From Mytilus edulis (lineage: Eukaryota), in contig NC_092347.1 in NCBI RefSeq assembly GCF_963676685.1, positions 72,044,001 to 72,108,000 of the forward strand: a stretch of DNA of 64,000 nucleotides, read 5' to 3'. This document shows, in pieces, positions 37,101-49,566 of the stretch. A program made the position numbers and the translations under genes. Position 1 is the first letter of the stretch, and the number at the start of each line of letters is the position of its first letter. The notes beneath the pieces were generated by a model. It saw only the letters and a list, made by a program, of their open reading frames with translations. It was not told the origin of the DNA and ran no database searches.

Positions 37101-38760
37101 ATAGATTAACTGAATACATTGTACATGTACTAGTAACAGAATAGTATGATTGTTTAAGTTCCAATAAGTCACAGGCCTGTGGTGAAAATGTTTTACACAT
37201 ATTGTGAATTTGTCAGATCTGTTAAAAATTCATCTTGTAGTACAGAAATGTTCAGTTGCAAAATAACTTTAAAATGATAAAACTTTTGCTCCTTTTTCTA
37301 TTTTTATGACAAGATCTCAACATGAAGTGTGAAGCCTACGCCTGATGCATTATGAATGAACATGTGTACACGTACATGTGTACACGTAAGACACCGACAC
37401 AATTGACAAATACACATATAAGTGTTTGTCAGAATAATATAAAAAATTTAACGCATCTTGATTTTTTATTTTCAAAAGTAAGATAAATGTACATGTATGT
37501 ACAATGTACAAATACAACATTTTTTTTTATCTGAACTGTCTATTAACAATGATTAAGTCACAGGCACAGGAAATTCTGTCAATAAAAATAAAATAAGGGG
37601 AGAAAAAAGAAATGGCCATATATCTGTAAATATGGACACTATTTTCTTCACATTGCCCATATTTTATTGCTACATGTATATTAGCAGAATGTCTAGATGG
37701 TTAGTGCCTGTGATCAAATATGCATAGCGTGTATACATAAATCTTGTTAAAAATACATGTATATTTTTTTATTTCAGTTTAATTGAAGTCTGGAGCTGGC
37801 ATGTCAGTTAACTGCTAGTTGTCTGTTGTTATTTATGTATTATTGTCATTTTGTTTATTTTCTTTTGTTACAATGTACATCTTCTGACATCAGACTCGAG
37901 ACTTTTCTCCAACTGAATTTTAATGTGCATATTGTAATGCGTTTACTTTTCTACATCATGTACATTGGCTAGAGGTATAGGTGGAGGGTTGAGATCTCAT
38001 AAACATATTTAACCCTGCCGCATTTTTGCGCCTGTCCCAAGTCAGGAGCCTCAGCTGGCATTTGTTAGTCTTGTGTAATTTTTAATTTTAGTTTCTTATG
38101 TATAATTTGGAGTTTAGTATGGCGTTGATTATCACTAAACTAGTATATAGATAAAGGAAGATGTGGTGTGAGTGCCAATGAGACAACTCTCCTTTTAAAT
38201 AACAATCTAAATAAAAGTAAAATTAAACCATTATAGACCAATGACCGGCCTTCAACACGGAGCCTTGGCTCACACCGAACAACAAGCTATAGAGAGCCCC
38301 AAAATGTATTTATTTAGGGGCCAGCTAAATGAAGCCGCCGGGTGTGGGAATTTCTCGCTGCATTGAAGAACTATTGGCGACCTTCTGCTGTTGTCTGTTC
38401 TATTGTGGGGTTGTTATCTCTTTGACACATTCCCCATTTCCATTCTCAATTTTTATTTTATGTCTATTTTTTTATGCAAGTATTTTATTCTTACCAGCTG
38501 CAAGTTTCGTGTTGACATTAAATATTCCAACACCAGTTCTTTTACTGTCAGGGGGTCGATGTTTCTTTACAAGTTTCAATTTGTTGATCGTGCCACACTG
38601 CGTACATTCAATGTACATCATTCCAGAAACACCCATTGGTCTCACCCCTAATGCGTTTGACAAGTCCATCTTTTCTAAACATGTTTCACAGTGTTCTAAT
38701 TGTTCTACTAAATAATCTAGTTCAATTATAAAGTACCACAAAGGGAAAGCCTCATGATGA
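34200..38760 (-). pseudogene. Spliced Kolobok/Mutator-like DDE transposase gene (exons ~38760-38495, 36961-36782, ~35893-35785, 34987-34200)
   Basis: CETC..CTQC finger and NVNTKLAAG|G MIHSGI; STDTCWQKKGSGRSYNSRS|G VATLIG; NWRGSAKAME, GDDDS, DRNH, EHIFGN..C..SWC, SSQANESFN; GT-AG sites with matching phase at two junctions. Confidence 0.8.
37775..38455 (+). repeat. Family C repeat, inverted copy of ~29305-29930, in transposase intron 1
   Basis: Reverse-complement match (aattgagaatggaaatggggaatgtg..., gaagtctggagctggcatgtcag). Confidence 0.85.
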
Positions 38761-39019
38761 CTGGGGTTGATGTATGATAACCCGTCGAATTGTTATCAAG
38801 GGTACCAGGATTATAATTTAGTACGCCAGACTCGCGTTTCGTCAACATGCCTTGTAAATATTCGTCAGCTTCCTTTCTTTGAGTTAATTGACACTTTGTT
38901 GCTGTGTTTTTACAAGAGATATCCTGTATTAATTTCATTAAGATTATGTATTCAATGGTGCCTAATGGTGTAACATTATGCCCGGCTGCCATTTTCAAGT
39001 CATGTTCTTATAGTTGTAA

Positions 39020-39530
39020 AAGAAGCGAAAGATACCAGGAACATGGAAACTATAAGTAAAAAAAGAAACGAAGAACACCATGATAAATAATGAAAACCGA
39101 CCAAAAGGCTAATCAACAGTATACAAAACACAACATATAATTTTTTTAAAGCAGCACAATTTCCACCAAATACTTATGATAACCTCAGGCGCTCCCGCCC
39201 CCGAAGCGTAAGCAGGTCTTGTTCTACTTGGGATATATTCGAGGTAGAGAATGGTCCAACAACTCGCGAAAGCGTCCGTAAAATTTACGAAGGGATGATT
39301 TCACCACTTGGAACTCGTGCTTTTATAGCTCCCTTGTGAGCAGCAACCCTCTATCAGAGAAATCTAGGAAACACAAATCCTGCAATATTGTATTAACTGG
39401 GAGATAAGTATTCTATATACAGTAGCTGCTTGAATGTATATACATAGAAATCGAAACATCATAATTGGGAATCTGAAATCATCCTTGCTGTCGTAAAGCT
39501 TTGTTTATAACCGATCACATTGTCAATCAA
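39020..39530 (-). mobile_element. Older diverged Penelope-like copy (RT tail plus 3' end)
   Basis: gcgtccgtaaaatttacgaagggatgatttca, tgtgagcagcaaccctctatca and gtcgtaaag match 2500-2770. Confidence 0.8.
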
Positions 39531-40118
39531 CTTTTGAGTTTTCTGGGGGTTTTTTTATTGGACCAGCAATTTAATTGTCCAACGATTAAAAATGGCCGTA
39601 ATAAACCAAAAATGTTATTTTTGGTGTAGCCAATATTTCCTATGGTATGGTTATTAAAATTGTTACTTGAAGTAGATTCAACATGTTTATGTTGTCAATC
39701 AGCAGAGATGCATTTGGTATTTACCTTCTAAGCATGCCATACTTGGTTGAGTCTTACAATTTGTACTTTTTCAGGATTTTGTACGTTTTGGTTTTTTGAT
39801 TTGATTTTTTTTTATGTACACTATGTTCCGAAAATACAAATGTAGTTGGATATTTGGAATGTTTGGACTATGAGAGGGTTTGTCATTTAGACTGGCATTG
39901 TGGCCAGATGCATAATTATTTATTAGTTGTTATTTGCTTTGAAATAGTTATAATTAACTGTGAGTACTGTCAGATCTGTACATAAACTGTCTTTTTGTTG
40001 TTGGGATGTAAAAGTCCTTCCCACGTCTACTCTTTGTTTTTGTTAGATTTATTTTTATTTGTATCCATCTGATAAGTTAAGCCTTTATTAATTGATTTCC
40101 ACAGTCTGCTTATGATAT

Positions 40119-41556
40119 TGTAACGTTTTCGCTCAGTGTTGCTATAGCGTTTTCGTTACCCTGAAGTGAAACTCTGACCCACTGACAAAACTAGACAATC
40201 CGCCAGACAAACTAATACTCGGCAATAAATACTGTTTCAAATGACTGCTCCCTTGGGTTAACTCAACCCTGTAATCCAATAGGTATATTAAAAGATGCGT
40301 TGTTTTAGAAGACAGGAATAAATAATTCGTTTAAAGTTAATGATTTAATGAAGTGTTACTATGATCAGTTATAGATATGTAATTCAGACAATTTCAATAT
40401 TGTATCTCTTTTTTCCATCAGATCAACACAATAAATAACACTTAAATAGTATGCAAGCTAGTGAGTACTCTGGTCAAGTTCTATATACACATTTATTAAA
40501 TAAAACAATCTTATTAACAAGTAATTATAGAAATCTCTATAATTATATAAGTTATGGCGACTTCTCAAATGTATAAGTTGCGTCTCCGGGTTTTACTGTA
40601 CTTTTTGTGAATATTCGACTTCGTAATATATATGTAAAGAATCGTTAATACATGTAATAACAGTTTCTTTACTATTGGTATATCAAGTAAATAAAACAAG
40701 AATAACTTTAACTTACTTTCTCTGAAGAAAAACTATATTGACGTCTTATTTGAATAGCGACTTTAAGACTCGAGACTGCGTCGGTGAGTTTCTGTATAAA
40801 ATATGGAATATTTTATATTTCTGACTTTTCTGTACTTTTAAGTATATAACTTTTTGTACGTCTAATGATCTCTAATCTTTAGAGTCTCTTATAATATAAA
40901 ATTATAAATCTATGTTTTACATAAAGTAAAACTCTGATAAAATATTTCCTAACCTTTTTAGAAGTGCAAGACTCAAATTGTAAGTTACAGTGAAGAAAGG
41001 ATTTATTATTAGGCTTGTGATTGTAAGCAACCTTTTGCCACGGTAGTCCGATCACGACTTACGCGCTCAATGGTAGTGCAATATATATACAACAAAAAGA
41101 CTTAAAAGACTTCATATTGACGTCAAAGGCGACTCGAAAGACTCTATTTCAACGTAAAATTGCCGTTCATGACAGTGCACTTTGACGGTTTACGGTAAAG
41201 CGACTCCAGTAAACATGGCAGACATTACAAGGAAAAAGAGAGACTCTGAGTCTCTAGAAACTTGACCAGGTTAATTAATTCACTCAATATAATTATATAT
41301 AGAGATTAAAACAACAAAATACAATCATTAACAAATATATAAAGGTAGGTCCAGTATAAGGAAATTCTGTATTTACACTGTACAAAAATAAATAGAAAGG
41401 CGACTCAGTTATCTAAGGTAACTTATTCTAATAAAAAGAAACATATTCAAAAATTTATAAGTATCAAATACGGTTTAAACAGAGATTTAACTTGATAAAA
41501 AGTGAAAAGGGGGAGGGGACACAAACTGTTGAACAACGAGGCCGAAATCCGTTACA
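40119..41556 (-). mobile_element. Gypsy 3' LTR (1438 bp)
   Basis: Bounded by TGTAACG...CGTTACA; polypurine tract AAAGAAGAGGGCAA immediately upstream on minus strand (41570-41557); partner LTR not seen in window. Confidence 0.75.
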
Positions 41557-41756
41557 TTGCCCTCTTCTTTAAAAAATTAAATTGATTTACTCAAATTATT
41601 TTTAGCATTAATGAATATAATACATTTATAATACACATTACTTCAAAATTGATTCAAATAAATACAATAAATAAATGCATTGTATATACAAATATGCATA
41701 CTCTCAACACACAACACTCTAAACTGGAATGAAACATCTAAGTTTCATTAATATTT

Positions 41757-43104
41757 GTAAATTACTTTCTTCAGTGGTAGTGTTTATCCACTTTCGGTAC
41801 AACTGTTTATTAGTACAAAGCGATCCCACTGAGACCAGTATTTCTTAAGTTTTACATTGTGTAAAGCCACATCGGCCCATTCAGGTCTGTTGTTATTATC
41901 AAGTCAAGCCAAGTTAAAGCTCCATGATCTGTTCGTACTTTAAAATGTGTACCATAGAGATAGTGATGAAAATGTTTAATGCTTAATATTACAGCCAAAA
42001 GTTCTCGTCTTTTTACACAGTATTGTCTTTGCGCTTTACTGAGTGATTTACTGTAATATGCTACTACAACCTCTTTGCCTTCGTGAATTTGAGAAAGGAC
42101 TCCACCAATTCCGAAACCACTAGCATCCGTATCTAGTATGTAATGTTTTGTCATATTAGGGTAGCCTAAAATTAGTGCAGACATTAAAGTCATTTGGAGT
42201 TTCTCAAAAGCTTCATTACATTCATTGGTCCAATCAAAAGTACAATTTTTCTCTGTTGATTTATGAAGTGGTCTTGCAATTTCAGCAAATTTTTTTAATA
42301 AATTTGCGGTAATATGAACATGTTTCTAGAAAACTTCGAACATCTGTCATTGATTTTGGAAATGACCATGTTTTAACACAAGCAATTTTATCAGGGTCTG
42401 TTGCTATACCCTCACTTGAGACAATATGTCCAAGGAAATAAACTTGTTTCTGAAACAAACTACATTTTTTAGGTGAGACTTTTAGTCCTTGTAGTGCTAT
42501 TCTATCTAATACATCACTTAGTCTTGATAAATGAGATTCAAATGAATCTGAAAACACTATTATATCATCAATATAAACCAGACATGTCTGCCAATTAAGG
42601 CCAGCCAAAGTATACTCCATTAGGCGTTGAAAAGTGGCAACCCCATTACACAGACCCATAGGGATTACGTTAAAATGAAATAGCCCTTTTGTACTAGTAA
42701 AAGCTGTTTTCTCCTTATCATTTTCGTCCAACTCAACTTGCCAATTTCCACTTGAAAGATCAAGTACACTCAGCCATTTAGAGCATCCAGAGAGTCGTCA
42801 ATGCGGCATAATGAGTATGAGTCTTTAATTGTAAGGCTATTTATGGGTCTAAAATCTATACAAATTCTCGTGTAGCCATCTTTCTTTGTCACAGGCACTA
42901 TACAAGATGCCCAGGGACTTTTTCAAGGCTCAATTAATTTACCTTCCAAAAGACGTTGAATTTCTTTATCGACTTCATCCCTTTTTGTTAGAGGTAAACG
43001 CCTAGGGGGTTGCTTAACTGGTTTGGCATTACCAGTGTCAATTTTATGTTTAATGGCAGTAGCCCTTTCTAAATCATCTTTATTTTTAGAAAATGTTTGA
43101 TTGT
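41757..43104 (-). pseudogene. Gypsy RT-RNase H, duplicate copy A (continues 48745-49388)
   Basis: ORFs 42282-42731 and 41852-42193; near-identical to 54920-56320. Confidence 0.92.
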
Positions 43105-43449
43105 TGTGGAGGTTAAAAGTATGATATTTTCGCTAATATAAACAAACACGTCTGTTCAGCCATAACTTTTAATAACAACTCAAAGAGCCCACGGCGACGT
43201 CACTGATAATGTACAAACTTAGGAACGTCGTAATCCCGCGGTAATGTCGACATACTGGGGGCCGCAAAAAGTGCAAATTATCTTAAATTTCACATTAACT
43301 GTCCATATTTGTAAATAAATCAAATTAAAAAAGTCTCTATCTTCATGAATGAACTAAATTGAATTAACTAAGTTCTTGTTCACATAAATGAAAAATTGAA
43401 TTAACTTTGAAAGCCCTTTTTAAAATTGTTAAAGTTCTAGTCTTCTTCA

Positions 43450-44930
43450 TCATTTTCGTCTACATTGGTTATCCACCAGTGAGGTCAAAACGGTGTTTTT
43501 TGCGCTGTTTAGTTCTGGCCATTTTGTACTATCTGTTAACCAATTTGGTCCTTTCCGCCAAAGTATACTCTGGTCAAATTGTTCAATTGTAAGTCCTCTT
43601 GTAAGAAGATCTGCCGGGTTGTTATCAGTAGGGCAATACCGCCATTTGTATGGATGCGTCAATTCTGTTATTTCCTTCACTCGATTAGCTATAAAACGTT
43701 TCAAAGTCTTCGTAGATGTTAGCCAATGAAGAACAATGCTGCTATCTGACCAAAATACAATTTTTGGATAATTAAGTGTTGAATGAAGATGTGCAGCTAG
43801 TCGTGCGCCGATGATTGCTGCCATAAGTTCAAGTTGTGAGAGGGTTAAACATTTGACTGGTGCTACTCTGGTTTTCGCCATTACTAAAGTTGTTTTGTTT
43901 TCGTTACACAAATAAGTTGCTGCGCCGTACGCCTTTGGACTTGCGTCTGTAAATACATGAAGTACTAATTCTGTTGATGCTGATGGCTTGCTAAAATAAT
44001 ATCGAGGAATAGTGAATTGTATTGCCTTTTCCAAATCTTTGGTCAAATCTATCCACGTAGTCTTTAAATTATCTGGTATAAGTTCGTCCCAATCTAATCC
44101 ACATTTCCATAACTCTTGTATCAGGATTTTCGCTCTAATTGTAACCGGACTAAGTAAGCCGAGTGGATCATAAATCTTTGAAGAATATTTCAAAACTTCT
44201 CGTTTAGTAACATGTTGAAGTAGTTCCGGTGTAGGAATTTCACGCTTAGGGTAAAAAATCGTCGCTTCGACTGTTCCACAACATTCCAAGTATTTTTGTT
44301 TACTTATCCGTATCTAGGACATTTTCCTCTTTAGCTAATTTTAGTAATTTAGCACTGTTTGAACTCCCATGATCTCAAGTTGAATCCAGCTCCAGCCATC
44401 AAGCTCCTTGCTTCTTTGAAATACGTATGTAAATCTTCCTCTTTATTCATACTAGACAATATGTTATCAACGTAAATATCTCTTTCTAGAATTTTAGCTG
44501 TTTCACTGTTTCCGAATTGTTTCAAATGTTTCTGTATTGTGGCGTTGAGTATAAAGGGCGAAGACATCGCTCCAAATAACACTGCTTTGAACCTATAAGT
44601 TTTCAACTGACTTCCTGGGTTTGTAGGGTCACTAAGCCATAAAAATCGGGTAACGTCTCTATCTTCTTCGCTCAATCCAACATGTAAGAAAGCTTTCTCA
44701 ATATCAGTACATGTAGCAAACTGGTTGGCTCTAAACTGTACTAGGAGTTTTGTCAAATCATTTAATTTTAGTGGTGTGTCCATCAGACAATCATTTAGAC
44801 TTGGATGACTTGGTGATTGACGACAATTGCAGTCGTATACTATTCGTATAGGAGTTGTGCTAGATTCCTTGTGTATAGGGTGGTGTGGAATGTAATGAAT
44901 TTTCCCGCCTTTTTGTTCTTTTTCATCTAC
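43450..44930 (-). pseudogene. BEL-3 RT and RNase H (frameshifted)
   Basis: HYIPHH, LNDCL, DIEKAF, YVDN, IYDPLG, LHVFTDAS, NPADLLTRG. Confidence 0.93.
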
Positions 44931-46205
44931 GGATGACAGCGAAAGTGAAGAGGAAATAGACAACTTGGATATGACGCACCAAAATAGTCTAGGCAGTATA
45001 ACAAATATATTGGATATTTCGAACCATGGATCTTACATGAAATTACTACGTATTACCGCCTATGTCATCCGTTTTATCCGCAACTGTAGATGGGATAGGA
45101 TTTCCAGAAAAAGCGGACCACTGGAGGTCAATGAAATTCAAACAGCAGTAAATACTTGGATTCTAGATTGTCAAGAGTCGACGTATACAGATGAAATGTC
45201 ATATTTGAGAGGAGCACAACACAGACACACAAAAGTACCCAGAGTCCGACAATTGGGACTTTTATTAGACGAATCCGGTCTTATCAGATGTAACGGGAGA
45301 ATACACAACGCACCAATACCAGAATCAGCGAAATGTTCGTACCTTATACCGGCAAATCATCCGTTAACTAGACTAATTGTATTGCACGCACACGAAAAAT
45401 TACTTCACAGTGGAATTAATGCTACAGTCACCTATATTAGACAAACGTTTTGGATACCAACTATTCGACAGTATGCAAAGAAATTACTCCGCAAATGCGT
45501 TATTTGCCGCAAAGTGAATGGAAAATCGTGCGTTGCACCAGACCCACCACCTTTACCAAAAATCAGATTACAGGAAGCACCCCCCTTTACAGTCACGGGA
45601 GTGGACTTTACAGGAGCATTACTTGTAAGAGAAGAAAATAGAATTTTAACAAAAGCATATATATGCCTGTTTACCTGCGCTTCTACCAGAGCCGTTCATC
45701 TAGAGGTGGTACCGAACCTAACCGAACATTCGTTTGTTCAAGCTTTTAGGCGTTTCGTAAGCCGCAAATCAATACCTAAGACACTTATATCAGATAATGC
45801 AACTACTTTCATTGCAGGAGCAGAGGAACTAAAACGATTATGTGAATCGGCAACACTAAAAGAAACGTTGTCTATACGAGGAATAGAATGGAAGTTCATA
45901 CCAAAACGCGCACCTTGGTATGGTGGATTCTGGGAGAGACTTATTGCGCTAACCAAAACAAGCTTAAAAAAGACACTTGGACGAACTCAAGTTAGTATGG
46001 AAACTCTACAGACTGTCGTGACAGAAATAGAAAGAATTTTAAATGACAGGCCACTTACATATTTTTCATCAGATATCAGAGATTGCGAGACGTTAACCCC
46101 CGCTCATCTTTTGTATGGTAGAAGAATATCAGCGCTGCCATATACGCAAATAGACATAGAGGAATTCAACGATCCAAACTATATGAATCATAAAGAAATC
46201 AACAA
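44930..46205 (+). pseudogene. BEL-3 integrase block, inverted and displaced
   Basis: 432-aa ORF 44965-46263 with HHCC (H..LLHSG..CVIC), GVDFTG, SDNA, GGFWERLI, LTPAHLLYGR; opposite strand to the rest of the element. Confidence 0.93.
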
Positions 46206-46229
46206 ATCCTCTGCGTTCCTGTTCGGCGA

Positions 46230-48458
46230 TTATATCTCCATCTTTAGTAGTTTAGGATCTTGACTAAGTTTCTTAATAACGTTCTCTGTTCTTCTTCTTG
46301 TGACTGTATAGTTTGATGGTAGTTCGTCATGTTCCTGTTTCCATGGCAATTTTGCAAAGTATTTATTACCTCTGAGTTCAATCGAAGTGTCTTGATATGT
46401 TTCCAAAAAATCCGTATCTTCTTCGTCTGTTTCCTTCGAGTTAATACCAATCGATTCCAATCTCCAAAATGCTTCTATATCATGCTCCTCCGTTTTATGA
46501 GAAACAAGAATATTAAAAATGCTAGTACCCATCAACGAGTTATCCCTCTTGTCGCTTACTGGACCGGAAAGTAAGAAACCTAACTTTGACCTCACGGCGG
46601 TTGGACCATTTTCCCGTATGACTTCATCCTCGACTAAGTCCCAGTAGTAGTCAGCTCCGATCAATAACGATATTTCGAAAGACTCTTCCTGTGTTACCGG
46701 ATGTGCTAACTTAAGTCCCCGTAAATAATTCAGTCCTCTGTTGATGTGGCGAATATTGTTCTGCAAAGGTACGGCAATCATTGGTACAATTAGAACGTGT
46801 ATCGGTATTTTCTGTCCTGCATCTGTTTCTACGAACACTGTCGATTTATCTAAATGTCTTACGTTTTTGTTTCTATCTCCAAATGATGATAACTGTAGAA
46901 TTTCAGTTCCCTCTGAATGTAAATTAAGTTTTCTAGCTAAATCTTCAGTCACAAATGATCTCTGTGCTCCCTCGTCAAAAAGTATATGGGTGTCTCTACA
47001 TGAGTGGTCTGACCATACGGGTGCTACTGCAGTTTTTAAAAGAACATTTGTACGTACCTCGACTGACGATGAGTATAAAATTGACGTGTCCTCTTCCTTC
47101 TGATTCGTGTCATTTACCAAATGTACAGATGTCTGATTAGCTTGTCCATTGTTACCATGAAAATTCATATGCTGTTGGCTGTAATTTGCATTTTGTTCGC
47201 TTTGTCTACTCTTGTCATTATCGTGGTTCTTGTTGTTAAATTGGCGTACAGTACACAGACTTGTGTGGTGTCTTTTGTTGCAATTTCGGCATAAGTGTTT
47301 TGACTTACATTCATGTATACGATGTGTTCCAAGACAGTTGAAACACAATTTCTCGCGTTTTACAATGTTCATGCGTGATGCTGGAACAGATACGTTCTTG
47401 CAATGCGCTGGTGCGTGTACATCGTGGCAAAATACACAAGGTTTAGTGTCTAAATTCTGGCGTATATTTCTTGTATTCAGAGCTTGATTTTGGCGGGGTT
47501 TTGTTGATTTAGTTCCGGTAAAGAAAGATGATGTACTTGGTAAATTGTTAGAAGTTTCAGTGTCTTGTCCCGCATCAATTATGTTTATTTCATTGCAAAT
47601 ACTTTTCTGGAGGTCTCGTAATAACCAGTTTTCTGTTCCATGTTCACGGGCAAGGTTTCTTTTAATTTCTCCCGGTAATTTATTCAAAATAACTGGTACA
47701 AGTAGTGTTCCGTACGAGTCTTGTGATTGGCCTAAAGATTCTAGCCCTCTTACATAAGTTTCCATTTGATCATAGAATTGTCTCAAACTGATAAGATTGT
47801 TTCGTGGTGATGGAATTTCTAATAATGCTTGAATGTATGCTTGCGTGATTTTGTGTGTTTGTCCGAATCTCTCCTTCAATAAAATAATGGCGTCTGCGTA
47901 GTTTGCATTAGTAAGTGCAAAACCAGCTATGGTGCGTAATGCTTCATTCTGTAACTGCGCTTTGAGGTAATTAAATTTCTGGACATCGGTCAATGCAGGG
48001 TTTAAATGTATGGCGCATTCATACGAATCCCAGAAAGTTTGCCAATCTAATATATTCCCTGTGAATATCGGAAGTGAGAGTTTGGGTAAGTTGTGATTCT
48101 GACTGCTTGCGGATGTATACGAATTTATATTAGTACTCACTGTGTTACTAGCTTGAGAGAACGGATTTTGGGACGACTGCGTGCATGAGTTTTCTGTGAG
48201 GTTTGCTGAGACGAACGGATGAGAATCAACATTTAATATTTGCGATGAAGTATCACTCTGACGTGTCTTTGATGTGGTATGAGTATCTTGAATAAAATTT
48301 CTTATGTGTCTTATTTTTGTTTCTAACGTAATACAATACTCATCTGAGTCTAGAATTTCACTTTCAATATCTTCTGCTTCCGCTAGGTTGAGTATCTGCT
48401 CATTCAAATTGTTCAGTATCTTTTGCTTCTGAAGAAGGTTTTCAAATGTTGCGTTCAA
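46230..48458 (-). CDS. BEL-3 gag-protease polyprotein (open 742 aa)
   Basis: LPKLSLPIFTG, three Cys/His knuckles, LFDEGAQRSF, LLIGADYYW. Confidence 0.9.
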   Translation of the reverse strand: MNATFENLLQKQKILNNLNEQILNLAEAEDIESEILDSDEYCITLETKIRHIRNFIQDTHTTSKTRQSDTSSQILNVDSHPFVSANLTENSCTQSSQNPFSQASNTVSTNINSYTSASSQNHNLPKLSLPIFTGNILDWQTFWDSYECAIHLNPALTDVQKFNYLKAQLQNEALRTIAGFALTNANYADAIILLKERFGQTHKITQAYIQALLEIPSPRNNLISLRQFYDQMETYVRGLESLGQSQDSYGTLLVPVILNKLPGEIKRNLAREHGTENWLLRDLQKSICNEINIIDAGQDTETSNNLPSTSSFFTGTKSTKPRQNQALNTRNIRQNLDTKPCVFCHDVHAPAHCKNVSVPASRMNIVKREKLCFNCLGTHRIHECKSKHLCRNCNKRHHTSLCTVRQFNNKNHDNDKSRQSEQNANYSQQHMNFHGNNGQANQTSVHLVNDTNQKEEDTSILYSSSVEVRTNVLLKTAVAPVWSDHSCRDTHILFDEGAQRSFVTEDLARKLNLHSEGTEILQLSSFGDRNKNVRHLDKSTVFVETDAGQKIPIHVLIVPMIAVPLQNNIRHINRGLNYLRGLKLAHPVTQEESFEISLLIGADYYWDLVEDEVIRENGPTAVRSKLGFLLSGPVSDKRDNSLMGTSIFNILVSHKTEEHDIEAFWRLESIGINSKETDEEDTDFLETYQDTSIELRGNKYFAKLPWKQEHDELPSNYTVTRRRTENVIKKLSQDPKLLKMEI

Positions 48459-49566
48459 TTCTTCTGGATCGAAATCTGTATCTTGCTTTGCTGCATCTAT
48501 CTACGAATAAGTTTTGTAACAGCACTTCTGTTCCCTGGTCTTATCGACTTGAGCTTGCTTAAATCCTGGTCACGGCACCATAAATGTGGAGGTTAAAAGT
48601 ATGATATTTTCGCTAATATAAACAAACACGTCTGTTCAAGCATAACTTTTAATAACAACTCAAAGAGCCCACGGCGACGTCGCCAACGTCGCCAATGGTA
48701 ATGTACAAACTTAAGAACGTCGTAATCCCGCGGTAATCTCGACAATTGTGTCTTTTTGTAAAAGAGACTCTAACTGATCAATTTGACCCTCATTCAAAAG
48801 TTCACTGCTCCTTAATTTCAAATCTTGCAAAAGACTAGGTAATTCCTTTACTTCGTCACATGATGATGAACTCAACCGCCTGAGTTTTTCTGACCTTGGT
48901 TCATTGGAGACTGAACCTGTATCAATAAGTTCACATGTGGCAAAATGTGTGAAAGGCTGCATTATTTGTTCATATTTACTTAAATTAACCATTCGTATAG
49001 GTACTTGACCACAACTGGGGTCCACTAGTGCTTTAGCAACTAGTAAAGTCTCCGTATGTTTTGAAGGTATTGGTTCAACAATAGCATTCATTATACTACT
49101 TGAATCACCTTCAACAATTCCTGATATGATATCTTCTGTATTGGGTGGAATAGTAAGTTTGTCACTAAGTTTAATTTTAAAAAGTTGAACTCATTTGACT
49201 CTCTTTTATACAATCTATTTTTGAGATCTTCAATGATAGTACCCCCTTGCCCATGTCTATGGTACAGTTTTTTTTTATGTCAATGAAAAAAAACTTAACA
49301 AATTGCTGCTGGCACATCTATCTCTGCAACAGTAAATTTTTTAATAATGGTATAATTTCCTATTTTGATAGGTAAATCTACATGACCCATTGTATTTACA
49401 AAACTACTAGTTTCATTAATATTTGTTCTAAATAACCAGTCCCTTCCCAAACTATCAAAAACTTTTACCCAACCAAAATTTTTCCTAATTACTCTACCGT
49501 AAATATAAATTTTTACATAATAACTAATTTCTAAAAGCCTATAATTGTCCGAATATAAAAACTGTT

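Larger units (their letters stand above)
43105..48744 (-). mobile_element. BEL/Pao LTR retrotransposon 3 with both LTRs, internally rearranged
   Basis: LTRs 48585-48744 and 43105-43252 (TG..CA); TSD ATTGT (43100-43104, 48745-48749); PBS TGGTGCCGTGACCAGGAT 48563-48580; empty site visible in Gypsy copy B near 56315. Confidence 0.97.
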
